Source of the DNA: Squalus acanthias
Lineage: Eukaryota
Assembly (NCBI GenBank): GCA_030390025.1
Contig: CM059432.1
Span: 24,058,001 to 24,122,000 of the forward strand
Reading direction: 5' to 3'
DNA length: 64,000 nucleotides
The notes below the pieces were generated by a model, which had not been told where the DNA came from, did not search any database, and saw nothing but the letters and a program-made list of their open reading frames with translations. A program made the translations under genes and the position numbers. This document shows positions 25,261-38,190 of the stretch, in pieces (the first letter of the stretch is position 1; the number at the start of each line of letters is the position of its first letter).

Positions 25261-26073
25261 AGAACATAAGAACATAAGAAATAGGATCAGGAGTAGGCCA
25301 TTTGGCCCTTCAAGCCTGCTCTGCCATTCAATAAGATCATGGCTGATCTTCTATCTCATCTCCACTTTCCTGCACTATCCCCATATCCCTTGATTCCCTT
25401 AATATTCAAAAATCTATCGATCTCTGTCTTGAATATACTCAATGACTGAGTCTCCACAGCCCTCTGGGGTAGAGAATTCCAAAGATTCACCACCCTCTGA
25501 GTGAAGAAATTTCTCCTCATCTCAGTCCTAAATGGCTGACCCCTTATTCTGAGACTGTGACCCCTGGTTCTAGACTCCCCAGCCAGGGGAAACATCCTCC
25601 CTGCATCTACCCTGTCAAGCCCTGTAAGAATTTTGTATGTTTCAATGAGATCACCTCTCATTCTTCTAAACTCTAGAGAATATTGGCCTAGTCTACTCAA
25701 TCTGTCCTCATAGGACAATCCCCCCATCCCAGGAACCAGTCTGGTGAACCTTCATTGCACTCCCTCTGTGAGAAGTATATCCTTCCTTCGGTAAGGAGAC
25801 CAAAACTGTACACAATACTCCAGGTGTGGTCTCACCAGGGCCCTATGTAATTGCAGTAAAGACATCTTTACCCTTATATTCAAATCTTCTTGTAATAAAG
25901 GCCAACATATCATTTGCTTTCTTAATTGCTTTCTGTACCTGCATGTTAACTTTCAGTGATTTGTATACAAGTACACCCAGGTCCCTCTGAACACCAACAT
26001 TTCCCAATCTCTCACCATTTAAAAAATACTCTGCTTTTCTATTTTTCCTACCAAAGTGGATAACTTCACATTT
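25261..26073 (-). mobile_element. CR1 3' fragment
   Basis: ORFs 25356-25727 and part of 25843-26139; TTCTTATG-type tail. Confidence 0.9.
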
Positions 26074-26370
26074 CTGGTTGTGCCAGTCAGATCCAATGTC
26101 ATTGTGAGGAAATTGGGCTCTTGTAGGTTCTTTCTTCACTCAAAATGGTGCTAATCTACCATCATTGTTTTATATATTTGGTGAATCATTTTCTTGTGTG
26201 TCAATGCAAGTATTCAAGGGGAGGATGTCCATGCTGGAGAATGGAGCATTTTTCACTTTTGACATCCAATGTTAACCTCAAACACTAAATACATTGAAGG
26301 CAAATATAATATGGGCAGAATAAAGTTCCATGTATTCTGACGGAGCAGTAATATCTCTTATTCACTTGTG

Positions 26371-26455
26371 CCCACATTACTACAGTGACCACAATCAAAA
26401 GTACTTCATTGGCTATGAAGTGCTTTGGGAGGTGCTGAGGCAGTGAAAGGTGTTG
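26371..26455 (+). mobile_element. SINE 3' fragment of the 62499-62951 family
   Basis: AAAAGTACTTCATTGGCT motif is the reverse complement of the sequence near 7523-7540. Confidence 0.55.
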
Positions 26456-27984
26456 GTTAGAAGCACAGTTCATTCCTTCTTCTATCCTTCTCAACCTCAC
26501 AAGAGTACTTCCATGCTAGTGCGTATTGCATTTCCATTTCTACTTAGTTTTACAATTCCACTTCTCAGGCCAGTCACCAATATAACTTCACTGAGTCAAT
26601 TTCCTTTCTTCCTCTCCTGAAGCTATTGACTCTTGCTGGAGTACAGTCAATAGGTGCCAGGTTTCCTTCAGTATCTTACCCAAGTGGCTTCTCTTCATGT
26701 GTGAGCCTAGACTGTGAGTATTGGCAAGCTATTCTAACAGCTGGCAAAGGCTGCTCATCGGCTGTGATGGATTCAATCGCAGATCCCAGAAGAGTTTATA
26801 GGACTGCGTGTTAACTCACTACCTCACCGAGGTCTTATTCCAGTCTTCATTATTCTAGGCATGTACAACCCTGTTGTCAGAAACAGTCCGAGTAGTTTTC
26901 TTACATTTGCAAAGTGCACTATGATGCACGGATTATCTTTACAAAGAAAAGTCATGGCATCAGCAGAAATATTCATGTTGTTACTTTTGTTGTCCACATC
27001 CTGGCTTTTCACAGCAATTCAACACTGAGTGCAATGTCCATTGCTGCCTACCATAATATAAGGCTATGGAGTGGAATGCATTCACCTTTTTTTTGTGTGT
27101 GCCTTTGTTCAATAGATAATACAAATCAATAAACGTTCTTTGCTTCTCTACACTTCTCAAACGTTATTTTATGAGATTCAGCATTAGGGATAGAGAGAAT
27201 GTCAGTTTGATAGATGATGCATGAAATAGAAATTGTGGTTGTAGCTTGAAAACTGAAAACACCTTTCAGAACTCCAAGGCTTTTGGACATCTAAACTGTC
27301 ACCTTGAGTGCTTCTAAACAGCTCTGAAGAATGACCCTGAACAATCGATCTGTTCTTCATGGTTGTCACAGAGTTCCACGAGAACAAAGATCTGAAAAAA
27401 GATATGTGTTAAGTCTGGTAATATCTAGAATGGCCAAGGTTACCCGTGGCTTCAGGGATTGTGACCATGCAGAATTATCTCCCGATCTGGGCTTGAATGA
27501 AGTGGCAATATTTTTAGTATCTTGCATGTGTTGTGATGTCATGAATTTGTAGAATCAGGTGATATTTAAATATTTGTCAAGATTTAGTATTCTTCCCAAC
27601 ACAAATAAAGCTTTTTAACCTGAAGGGATGATTTTAATTATTCTTGACAAGCACTTCCTGTTTGTAACATGATTTTCATGTCAAGGAGTGACTTGGTTGC
27701 ACTTATAAGATCATGTTAGTCTATAGAAATGGAACTTTCGATGGCTGCAAAACCGGCATTTAAAATCTGGTTCTTAGTTAAAATAAACTTTTTTTGAAAA
27801 AAATGTATTTCCTTCCTCCTCCAAGACGAACTTTGGGAATAGGCATTGCCTTGAACCCGTCAGAGGCCAGGAGTTAAAATACAGGCAATAAATTAACCCT
27901 TGATGTTAACTTGCCCCATTTGGGGATGGGGGCAGTTAAAATGGGGCAGGGGGGTGTATCCACTCCTTTCTTGCCCTGATAACT

Positions 27985-28580
27985 GACTCCAATTTTAAAT
28001 TACAGGTGGCAAGGACACCCAGCCCAAGCTGGCAGGGTCCTCCTTGAATATGCAGGTCAGGCTCCAATGACATCATCAGGGCCCAATCTGCCATTTTCAT
28101 CTGAGGCCTAAGCGGGGAAGCAATGGTGGTGACCCACTAGGCCAAACATGCTGCGAACAATAGCCAGGGCCAGAAGTCTCACAGCGAGTTTAAATTTTTT
28201 TATTTTAGTTTCCTTGTGGGCCAGGAGGAGCAGGAGTGATCTTCCAGGCCCCACAATGAAACCTTGGGCTACCGTTGCCACGGGCTTCCCCCCTCCCCCC
28301 TGACGGGGCTGCCCCTACTGGAGCTTTTCGATGGATTTCTCTTGAGAGGGTGACCGTTCTCACTGCTCCCCGGCACCGGCCTCCTGTCACCCGAATTCCT
28401 GCTCCCGCCCACTGGCCAGGCAGTGATTCCTGCCGGGTTCGGGCGGGAATCTGAGCTTGCATATTTAAATGAGATCTGGGAGCTAAAATCTCTTCGGACC
28501 TCAGCATGCGAGCTTGTCACTCGCCCTGGCACCCACCCACCCGACCATGTACCAATCCCACCTCGAAATAAGATCAGGGC
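27985..28580. mobile_element. Probable MITE / non-autonomous DNA transposon
   Basis: GC-rich island ending AAGATCAGGGCC, resembling other TIRs here; left end uncertain. Confidence 0.35.
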
Positions 28581-28989
28581 CTTTATCTTAGGAAAGTGCT
28601 GCAGTGTTGGAGTTGCTGTATTTTTGGATAGCATGTTAAACCAGTCTGTTTTAAGTCGATGTAAATGACCTCATTGCACCATTGGAAGAAATTCATAAAA
28701 GTTATAAGTTACAACAGGGAAACAGGTCATTCAGTCCAACTACACTCCACTTCAACAAATATTCATAATCACATTTACTCACCCTGTTCCCATCTTGCTA
28801 CATCTCCTTCATCCACCTATTCAACTTAGTCTTGAATATTGACATAATTTCTGCCTCAACTCTTAACCCTAGTATGTGAACCCTGTGCCACTGTAAACTT
28901 TGTATTGGATCAACTTTTTAATTCGCTTCACAATCTTGAAAACTTTAATGAGGTTGCCTAGAAAATGCCTCCTCAGCAGTGCAAAGTAG

Positions 28990-31900
28990 GAATGGTAGCA
29001 TAGAGGTAATGTCACTGGGCTAGTAATCCATAAGACTCTGACCTAATGATCCAGTCGACGTGAGTTCAAATCCCACCATGGCAGTTAATTCAGTTAATTA
29101 AATAAATCTGGAATTAAAAAGCTAGTATCAGTAATGGTGGTCATGAAACTATCGGGTTGTCATAAAAACCCATCTGGTTCACTAATGTCCTTTAGGGAAG
29201 GAAATCTGTTGTCTGGTCTATATGTGACTCCAGACCCACAACTCTTAACTGCCCTCTGAAATGGCCTAGCAAGCCACTCAGTTATAACAAACCACTACAA
29301 AACATGATAATACGAATGAAACTGGACGGATCCTCGACACCGGCTATGGACACGGCAACGGCATACCCAGCCCAGTCGACACTGCAAAGTCCTCCTCACC
29401 AACATCTGGGGAATTGGGAGAGCTGTCCCACAGACTGACATGGTCATACTCATAGAATCATACTTTTCAGACAATGTCCCAAACTCCTCCATCACCATCC
29501 CTGGTTATGTCCTGTCCCACCGGCAGGACAGACCTACTAGGGGGTGGCGGCACAGTGGCATACAGTCGCCAAGGAGTGGCCCTCGGAGTCCTCAACATTG
29601 ACTCCAGACCCCGTTAAGTCTCATGGCTTCAGGTCAAGCATGGGCAAGGAAACCTCCTGCTGATTACCACCTACTGCCCTCCCTCAGCTGATGAATCAAT
29701 ACTCCGCCATGTTGAACACCACTTGGAAGAAGCACTGAGAGTAGCAAGGGCACAGAATGTACTCTGGGGTGGGGGGACTTCAATGTCCATCACCAAGAGT
29801 GGCTTGGTAGCACCAGAGCTGGCTGAGTCCTGAAGGACATAGCTACCAGTCTAGGCCTGCGAGAGAACCAACAAGAGGGAAAAACCTACTTGACCTCATC
29901 CTCACCAACCTACCTGTCGCAGATGCAACTGTCCATGACAGTATTGGTAGCAGTGACCACCGCACAGTCATTGTGGAGACAAAATCCCATCTTCACACTG
30001 AGGTCATCCTCCATTGTGTTGTGTGGCACTACCACCATGATAAATGGGATAGATTCATAATTTGCTCAAAGCTGGGCATCCATGAGGCGCTGTGGGCCAA
30101 CAGCAGCAGCAGAATTGTATTTCACCACAATCTGTAACCTCATGGCCCGGCATATCCCTCACTCTACCATTACCATCAAGTCAGGGGACCAACTCTGGTT
30201 CAATAAGGAGTGTAGAAGAGCATGCCAGGAGCAGCACCAGGCGTACCTAAAAATGAGGTGCCAACCTGGGGAAGTTGCAACACCCGAATACATGCATGCT
30301 AAAGAGCGGAAGCAGCATGCTATAGACAGGGCTAAGGGATCCCACTATCAACGGATCAGATCAAAGCTCTGCAGTCCTGCCACATCCAGTCGTGAATGGT
30401 GGTGGATCATTAAACAACTAACGGGAGGAGGAGGCTCCATGAATATCCCCATCCTCAATGATGGTGGAGCCCAGCACGTGAGTGCAAAAGACAAGGCTGA
30501 AGCGTTTGCAACCATCTTCAGCCAGAAGTGCCGAGTGGATGATCCATATCGGCCTACTCCTGAGGACCTCACCATCACAGAAGCCAGTCTTCAGCCAATT
30601 CGATTCACGTGATATCAAGAAACAGCTGAGCGTACTGGATACAGCAAAGGCTATGGGCCCGGACAACATCCCAGCTAATCTGCTGAAGACTTGTGCTCCA
30701 GAACTAGCCGTGCCTCTAGCCAAGCTGTTCCAGTACAGCTACAACACTGGCATCTATCCAGCAATGTGGAAAACTGCCCAGGTATGTCCTGTCCACAAAA
30801 AGCAGGACAAATCCAATCCGACCAATTACCGCCCCATCAGTCTACTCTCAATCATCAGCAAAGTAATGGAAGGTGTCATCGACAGTGCTATCAAGCGGCA
30901 CTTACTCACCAATAACCTGCTCACTGATGCCCAGTTTGGGTTCCACCCAGTTTGGCTCCCGACCTCATTACAGCCTTGGACCAAACTTGGACAAAGGAAC
31001 TGAATTCCAGAGGTGAGGTGAGAGTGACTGCCCTTGACATCAAGGTAGCATTTGACCGAGTGTGGCATCAACTAGCCCCAGTAAAACTGAAGTCAATGGG
31101 AATCGGGGGCGGGGAAACTCTCCACTGGCTGGAGTCATACCTAGCACAAAGGAAGATGTTTGTGATGGTTGAAGGTTAATTGTCACAGCCCCAGGACATC
31201 GCTGCAGGAGTTCCTCAGGGCAATGTCCTAGGCCCAACCATCTTCAGCTGCTTCATCAATGACCTTCCCTCCATCATAAGGTCAGAAATGGGGATGTTCG
31301 CTGATGACTGCACAGTGTTCAGTGCCATTCACAACTCCTCAGATAGTGAAGCAGTCCATGCCTGCATGCAACAAGACCAAGACGATGTTCAGACTTGGGC
31401 TGATAAGTGTCAGGTAACATTTGCACCACACAAGTGCCAGGTAATGACTATCTCCAACAAGCGAGAGTCTAACCACCGCCCCTTGACATTCAACGGCATT
31501 ACCATCACTGATTCCCCCACCATCAACATCCTGGGGGTCACCATTGACCGGAAACTTAACTGGACCAGTCACATAAATACTGTGGGAACAAGAGCAGTTC
31601 AGAGGCTGGGTATTCTGCAGCGATTGTCGCACCTCCTGACTCCCCAAAGCCTTTCCACCATCTACAAGGCACAAGAAAGGAGTGTGATGGAATATTCTCC
31701 ACTTGCCTGGATGAGTGCAGCTCCAAAAACACTCAAGAAACTCGACACCATCCAGGACAAAGGAGGTATATAGGCCTCCAAATAGTAAAATAGAGGTTGG
31801 GGAGGGCATCACGAGGGAAATTAGAGAAGCGTGCAATAAGAGCACAGCTGTCATCATAGGTGACTTTAACTTACATATAGATTGGACTAGCCTAATCAGT

Positions 31901-34784
31901 AAAAATAATGAGGAGGAGGAATTCCTTGAGTGTTTAAGGGATGGTTATCTGGATCAATATGTCGAGGAACCAACTCAGGAACAGGCTATATTGGACTGGG
32001 TACTGTGCAATGAGAAGGGACTAATTAGTAATCTTGTTGTACGGGGACCCTTGGGTCAGAGCGATCATAACATGATCGATTTCTCACTCGAAATGGAGAG
32101 CGAAGAAATTGACTCAGAGACTAAGGTCCTGAATTTAAACAAGGGGAATTATGATGCCATTAGACGGGAACTGAGTAGGTCTGATTGGACAACGTTCCTG
32201 GGAGGACTGGAGGTAGATAAACAATGGCAAGCATTTAAAGATAGAATGACAAAATTGCAAAAATTGTTTATACCAATCTGGCATAAAAGGAAATCTAAAA
32301 AGGTGATTCAACCGTGGATAACAGGGGAAATTAGAGACAGCATAAAATCCAAAGATAGGGCGTATAAAATAGCCAAAGAAAGCGCCAGAGTGGAAGATTG
32401 GGAACAGTTTAAGATAGAGCAAAGGAGGACAAAGGGCTTAATCAAGAGGGGCAAAATAGCTTACGAAAGCAAGCTGGCGGAAAATATAAAAACTAACTCC
32501 AAAAGCTTTTATAAGTATATCAAGAGGAAAAGACTGGTGAAAACCAAAGTTGGTCCATTGCAGTCAGATACGGGGGAATATATAACGGGAAATAAGGAAA
32601 TGGCAGACCAACTAAATGCATACTTTGGGTCAGTCTTTACGAAGGAAGACACAAAAAACCTCCCTGGGATATCAGGAAAAATAGGGACATTGGCAAAGGA
32701 GGAACTGACGCAAATCAATATCTCTAAGGATATGGTGTTAAGGAAGCTAAAGGGATTGAAGGCGGACAAATCCCCAGGGCCTGATAACATGCATCCTAGG
32801 GTACTGAAGGAGGTGGCCCTAGAGATAGCGGATGCACTAAGTATGATTTTTCAGAATTCATTAGACTCGGGAACAGTGCCCATGGATTGGAGGGTAGCTA
32901 ACGTTACCCCACTATTCAAAAAGGGGGGTAGGGAAAAAGCAGGTAATTACAGACCTGTAAGCCTTACATCAGTTGTGGGCAAAATGCTGGAGTCCATCAT
33001 TAAGGATGAAATAGCGGAGCACTTAGCAAATGGGGACAGGATAGGACAGAGTCAACATGGATTTACAAAGGGTAAATCGTGCTTGACTAATCTATTGGAA
33101 TTTTTTGAGGGAGTAACTGGTAAAATAGATGGGGGAGAGCCAGTAGATGTGGTGTACCTGGACTTCCAAAAGGCCTTCGACAAGGTCCCACATAAAAGAT
33201 TAGCATGGAAAATTGAAGCTCATGGGATAAAGGGGAAAGTATTGACCTGGATAGAGAACTGGCTGTCAGATAGAAAACAGAGAGTTGGAATAAACGGCTC
33301 ATTTTCTGAATGGCAGGCAGTAACAAGTGGGGTACCACAGGGATCTGTCCTGGGTCCCCAGCTGTTCACAATTTACATTAATGACCTGGATCAGGGAGTC
33401 GGATGCAGCATTTCCAAATTTGCAGACGACACTAAACTAGGAGGGGGGGTGGGCTCAGAGGAGGAGACCAGGAAGCTCCAGAGCGATTTGGACAGACTGG
33501 GTGATTGGGCGGATAAATGGCAGATGCACTATAATGTGGACAAGTGCGAAGTTATCCACCTTGGGTGCAGGAACGGGAGGGCAAATTATTATTTAAATGG
33601 CAATAAATTGGGAGAGGGGGAAGTACAGAGAGACCTGGGTGTTCTTGTACACCAGTCACTGAAGGCGAGCATGCAGGTGCAACAGGCAGTCAAGAAGGCA
33701 AACGGTATGCTGGCCTTCATAGCAAAAGGGTTGGAATACAGGAACAGGGATACCTTGCTGCAGCTGTACAGGGCACTGGTGAGACCACACCTCGAGTACT
33801 GTGTACGGTTTTGGTCGCCTCATCTGAGGAAAGATGTTCTTGCCATGGAGGGGGTGCAGCGGCGATTCACCAGGCTGATACCAGGAATAGCGGGATTGAC
33901 CTATGAGGAGAGACTATGTAGTTTAGGGATGTACACACTGGAGTTTAGAAGATTGAGAGGGGACCTCATAGAAGTGTATAAAATTCTGACAGGTCTAGAC
34001 AGACTAGATGCAGAAGGAATGTTTCCCTTGGCGGGTGAGAACAGAACTAGAGGACATAATTTAAGGATAAGGGCTAAACCATTTAGGACAGAAATGAGGG
34101 GGAATTTCTTCACTCAGAGGGTGGTGAACCTGTGGAACTCATTGCCACAGAGGGCAGTGTACGCCAGCTCATTAAATGTATTTAAGAGGGAATTAGATAT
34201 ATTTCTACAGGCAAAAGGGGTTAAGGGTTACGGAGAGAAGGCGGGGACGGGATACTGAATTGGAGGATCAGCCATGATCTCATTAAATGGCGGAGCAGGC
34301 TCGAAGGGCCGGATGGCCTACTCCTGCTCCTATCTTCTATGTATCTATGTATCTATGTAACCCACTTGATTGGCACCCCATCCACCACCTTAAACATTCA
34401 CTCCTTCCACCACCGGCGTACCGTGGCTGCAGTGTGTACCATCTACAAGATGCACTGCAGCAACTCGCCAAGGCTTCCTCGGCAGCACCTCCCAAACCCG
34501 CGACCTCTTCCACCTAGAAGGACAAGGGCAGCAGGCGCATGGGAACACCATCACCTCCAAGTCACACACCATCCTGACTTAGAAGTATATCGCCGTTCCT
34601 TCATCATTGCTGGGTCAAAATCGTGGAACTCTCTCCATAACAGCACTGAGGGAATAGCTTCACCACACGGACTGCAGCGTTTCAAGAAGGTGGCTCACCA
34701 CCACCTTCTCAAGGGCAATTAGGGATGGGCAATAAATGTTGGCCTTGCCAGAGACGCCCACATCCCATAAACAAATAAAAAAAA
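28990..34784 (+). mobile_element. Near full-length single-ORF CR1-group LINE (clade tentative, Zenon/Daphne-like) with tRNA-like 5' head; interrupted by a CR1
   Basis: A-box-like 28996-29006 and B-box 29064-29073; decayed APE from about 29390; RT 'LDIKVAFDRVWH', 'GVPQGNVLGP', 'MFADD'; resumes at about 34358; A-rich tail at about 34774-34784. Confidence 0.85.
31762..34357 (+). mobile_element. 5'-truncated CR1 with uninterrupted ORF2
   Basis: Open frame from 'VYRPP' in APE through the whole RT to the stop at 34258; TATGTATC-type tail; host LINE continues on both sides. Confidence 0.95.
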
Positions 34785-35568
34785 GAGGGAGCTTCAAAAT
34801 CTAGCCTGTCGTTTTTCAAGAAAGCTCCCTTGCTAATACACAGCTTCAGCAAATTGAATTTCTCCCTCCCCCCACAAACGAACAAAAAATATTTTCTTTC
34901 TCAAAAAATAGATTGGATGAATTGTTATTCTTTTTTGCTGCTGTTTCCTTCAAACAATGAGGACAGCTTATTACTGTCTCTTTGTAGCGGCAGAGCAGCT
35001 CAGATTAAATATTGACTAGCTGATGACAGCCACACGCAGGCAAGTTAGCGATTGGGGGAATAAGGACTCTCATTGAAACAAAAGAAAACACCACAAAGCT
35101 ATGGACTACAATGTCAGGTGCTGGCTCCTACAGCAGCCAGTGACCTTGGTAGATAGATCCTTCCATCATCTTATATCAATTCTGTTTTAATTCTTTGCTT
35201 TCAACAAGCCTCCACTGCAGTGTTTTTTTTTTTCGTTATCTGTGTTTCGTTTCTTTTTCTGAATACCGAGGCTTCAGACTCTTATTTTAAGAGTCCAATT
35301 GTTCTGCACTCCAGCGGGAATGATTTATTCCATGAACTGTATGTAACAAAATCGTAAATGCGTTTAGAATTTCACTTCAGAGCACAGGCAAAGTGTTCCC
35401 ACACATATCCTGCAGAAGGCACAATAAAAATGGTTCCATTTTTCTCCCCGTTTCCTGCCTCCTCTATTTAAAAGTGCCAAGTTGCTGAGGTGCAGTCAAA
35501 CAAGCACTGGCAAACCTCTGTTACTTGTTTTTATTTGGTAAATGGATGTGTGCGAGGCTAAACAGTGA

Positions 35569-35907
35569 GGGGGTAATTTTAACCTAACTTCCCGAGCAGA
35601 AATCCCGTGGGTTCCCACCGCGCCCATTGACCTCAATGAAGAGTAAAATAGAGCGGGGTGTAAAACTAGCATTGCACCTGACAGACGAGTTGCCCCCAAA
35701 GCACCCGCATAACAACCCCTCGCCTCCCACCACACCCCCATCCCTGCACTTACCTTGAACCCAGCTGGGTGCCTCCTATCCTTCTGATTTCAAGAGCCAG
35801 GTAGCTGCTTCCCAGCAGTTTTGAATGCGAAAGTCATCTAATGAGCCTTCTAATGCTGCTGGCCGCTCTCTAGGTCTCTTTACTGCCCAGGAGTTAAAAT
35901 TTCCCCC
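35569..35907. mobile_element. MITE
   Basis: TIRs GGGGGTAATTTTAAC / GTTAAAATTTCCCCC. Confidence 0.7.
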
Positions 35908-35973
35908 TCTGTCTCTCTCCCTCCCTCAGCTTGACAAGTTCTCCCAATCTCCTGCCTAGATTCCCTTGCACAC

Positions 35974-35976
<3 letters not shown>

Positions 35977-36005
<29 letters not shown>
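35977..36005. repeat. (CA)n microsatellite
   Basis: Read directly. Confidence 0.95.
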
Positions 36006-36008
<3 letters not shown>

Positions 36009-36018
36009 CCAAACACTC

Positions 36019-36863
36019 TGGGGCGATTTTGCCAGCCCTGGGGAGGCAGGTTTGGAGGTGGGACTGCCAGGAAAATGGCAGAATCTGGGGGCGGGTGCCC
36101 AACCCGCCCCCAACCCACCTCCGTGCCATCTTCCCAGGAGGCGGGTACCCGATCCACGCTGGGAGCCGCCTCCCCGAGGCGGGAAGGGGATTAGTGCCAA
36201 TTAACTGCCTGTTAGCAGGTAGTTTACAGGCAGTTTTTTTGAGAATCCCTATTTTCAGCCCTGAAATGTGGGCTTCCCGACGGCTCCGAACCTTGCCAGG
36301 GTCAGCAAGGCGGGCCGTCGGTCTGCGGGGGTCGGAGGGGCCGATATGTCCGGTGTGCAGATGAGTGATGGGTGCAAGTGTGGAGAGGTGAGTGTGTGAG
36401 CTGAGTGTAAAGTGTTTTAATAAGTTTTACTTAACTTTACTTCTTCCTCCAGGCTTCCTCCCTTCAGGTCTCGGGAGTCCCTCAGCTCACTGGCACAGAA
36501 AGCAGAATGGCCGCTGAACTGTCAAAAGCTGCAGCCTCTGCTTTCTGCTCAGGAGAGATCTCTAACTGAGCCTGAGTGGAAGGGCTCAACTTAGAGGACA
36601 GACTGTCAGTGTTTGACAGTTTCACAGAGCCGTCAAACGATGTCAATTCATCTGTCAAAAACTCTTGACAGATGAAACGTCACTCGCTGACGTCACCTGC
36701 AACCGCTTTCCCTTAATTGGCCTGCTAAGCCCGCTGGGCAGGCTTAACAAGGTCCAAGCAAGGGAATATAGCGTGGGTTGGCCACAAGTCGATGGAGGCG
36801 GGACTAATACCCGACAAGTGGGAGTCCCGCCTCCAAAAGCTCCCCATTGAGAAAATCCAGCCC
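36019..36863. mobile_element. Harbinger-related non-autonomous element
   Basis: GGGGCGATTTT / AAAATCCAGCCC ends; block 36670-36760 resembles 5230-5320. Confidence 0.6.
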
Positions 36864-37139
36864 ATTTGGAAAAAAACACTTTATATAAAGTTTACTTGAA
36901 TATAGCTTTTGAAATTTGTGCTCTAACTTTTTTTTCCAAATTATTTCAAACAAGCAGCTAATCTGATACAGTTGGAGATTGAGGAGAAACATTTCTTCAG
37001 TGGGACTGGCAAAATGGCATTGATGAATCCTGGCAAATTTGCATACTGCACATGCTCAGACTGTGGAATCGACCTTCAGCAGAGTCACAGATCTTTTTCA
37101 TGTTACAAACCTTGATTTGGGCATCAGAAATTTCCGCTC

Positions 37140-38190
37140 TGAATCCTATTCCCACTGAACTGCTGACCATCCAACTTCTCTTCCTGGCCCACATGCTAGC
37201 TGACATTGCAAATTGTTCCCTCTCCTCCGCTACTGTCCTCCTCCCTTTCAAATCTGCCGTCATCACCCTCTCCTCAAAAACCCACCCTTGACCTCTATGT
37301 CCTTGCAAACTACCTCCAACCTCCCTTTCCCCTCCAATGTCCTTGAATGTGTTGTCATCTCCAAATTACGTGTCCATCTTTTCCACAACTTCATGTTTGA
37401 ATTTCTCCAATCAGGTTTGCGGCCCTGCCACGGTACTGAAATGGCCCGAATCAAAGTCCAAATGACATCCTCTGTGACTGTGACCATGGTACACTATCCC
37501 TCCTCATCTTTCTCGACCTCTCTGCAACCTTTGACAGGGTTGACCATACCATCCTCCTCCAATGTCTCTCCTCCGTTGTCCAGCTGAGTGGGACTGCCCT
37601 AGTTTGGTTCCATTCTTACCTATCCAGTCGTTGCCAGAGGATCTCATGCAATGGTTTCTCTTCCTGCCCCCACATCGTTATCTATCCTTGGCCCCATCCT
37701 ATTTCTCTTCTACACGCTGCTCCTCAGTGACATCATCTGAAGACATGTATGCTGACGACACTCAGCTGTACCTCATCACCACTTCTCTCAACCCCGCCAC
37801 TGCCTTGGTATTATCAGCCTGCTTGTCCAAAATCCAGCCCTAGATGCGCCAACATTACCTCTAATTAAACATTGGAAGACCGAAGCCATTGTTTTCGACC
37901 CCTGCGACAAACTCTGTTCCTTATTCACTGATTCCATCCCCTTTCTGGCCACTGTTTGCAACCTCGTCATCCTATTTGACCCTGAGCTGAGCCTCCAACC
38001 CCATATCCTCTCCATCACAAAGACCGCCTACTTCCACCTCCATAACATCGCCCATCTCCACCCCTACTTCAGTCCATCTGGTTCTTTGAGCTCATCCAAA
38101 TCTCTACTGCCCGAATCCTGACCCGCACCAAGACCCACTTACCCATCATCCCTGTGCTTATAGAGTTCCATTTGAAATTCTCATCTTTGT
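37140..38190 (+). mobile_element. L2 LINE fragment, decayed
   Basis: 'FLQSGLRPCHGTE' and 'MYADDTQLY'; similar to the reverse complement of 20378-21630. Confidence 0.85.

Noticed and set aside
26820..27395. Minus-strand exon-like segments with AG/GT signals
   Set aside because: No recognisable protein and no consistent frame across segments; cannot be separated from chance splice motifs without RNA data.
28990..29080. Functional tRNA gene
   Set aside because: A and B boxes are present but no cloverleaf is evident; it is a retroelement head.
31715..31761. Start of the 847-aa ORF as a novel fusion protein
   Set aside because: The first residues are an out-of-frame read of the host LINE at the insertion junction.
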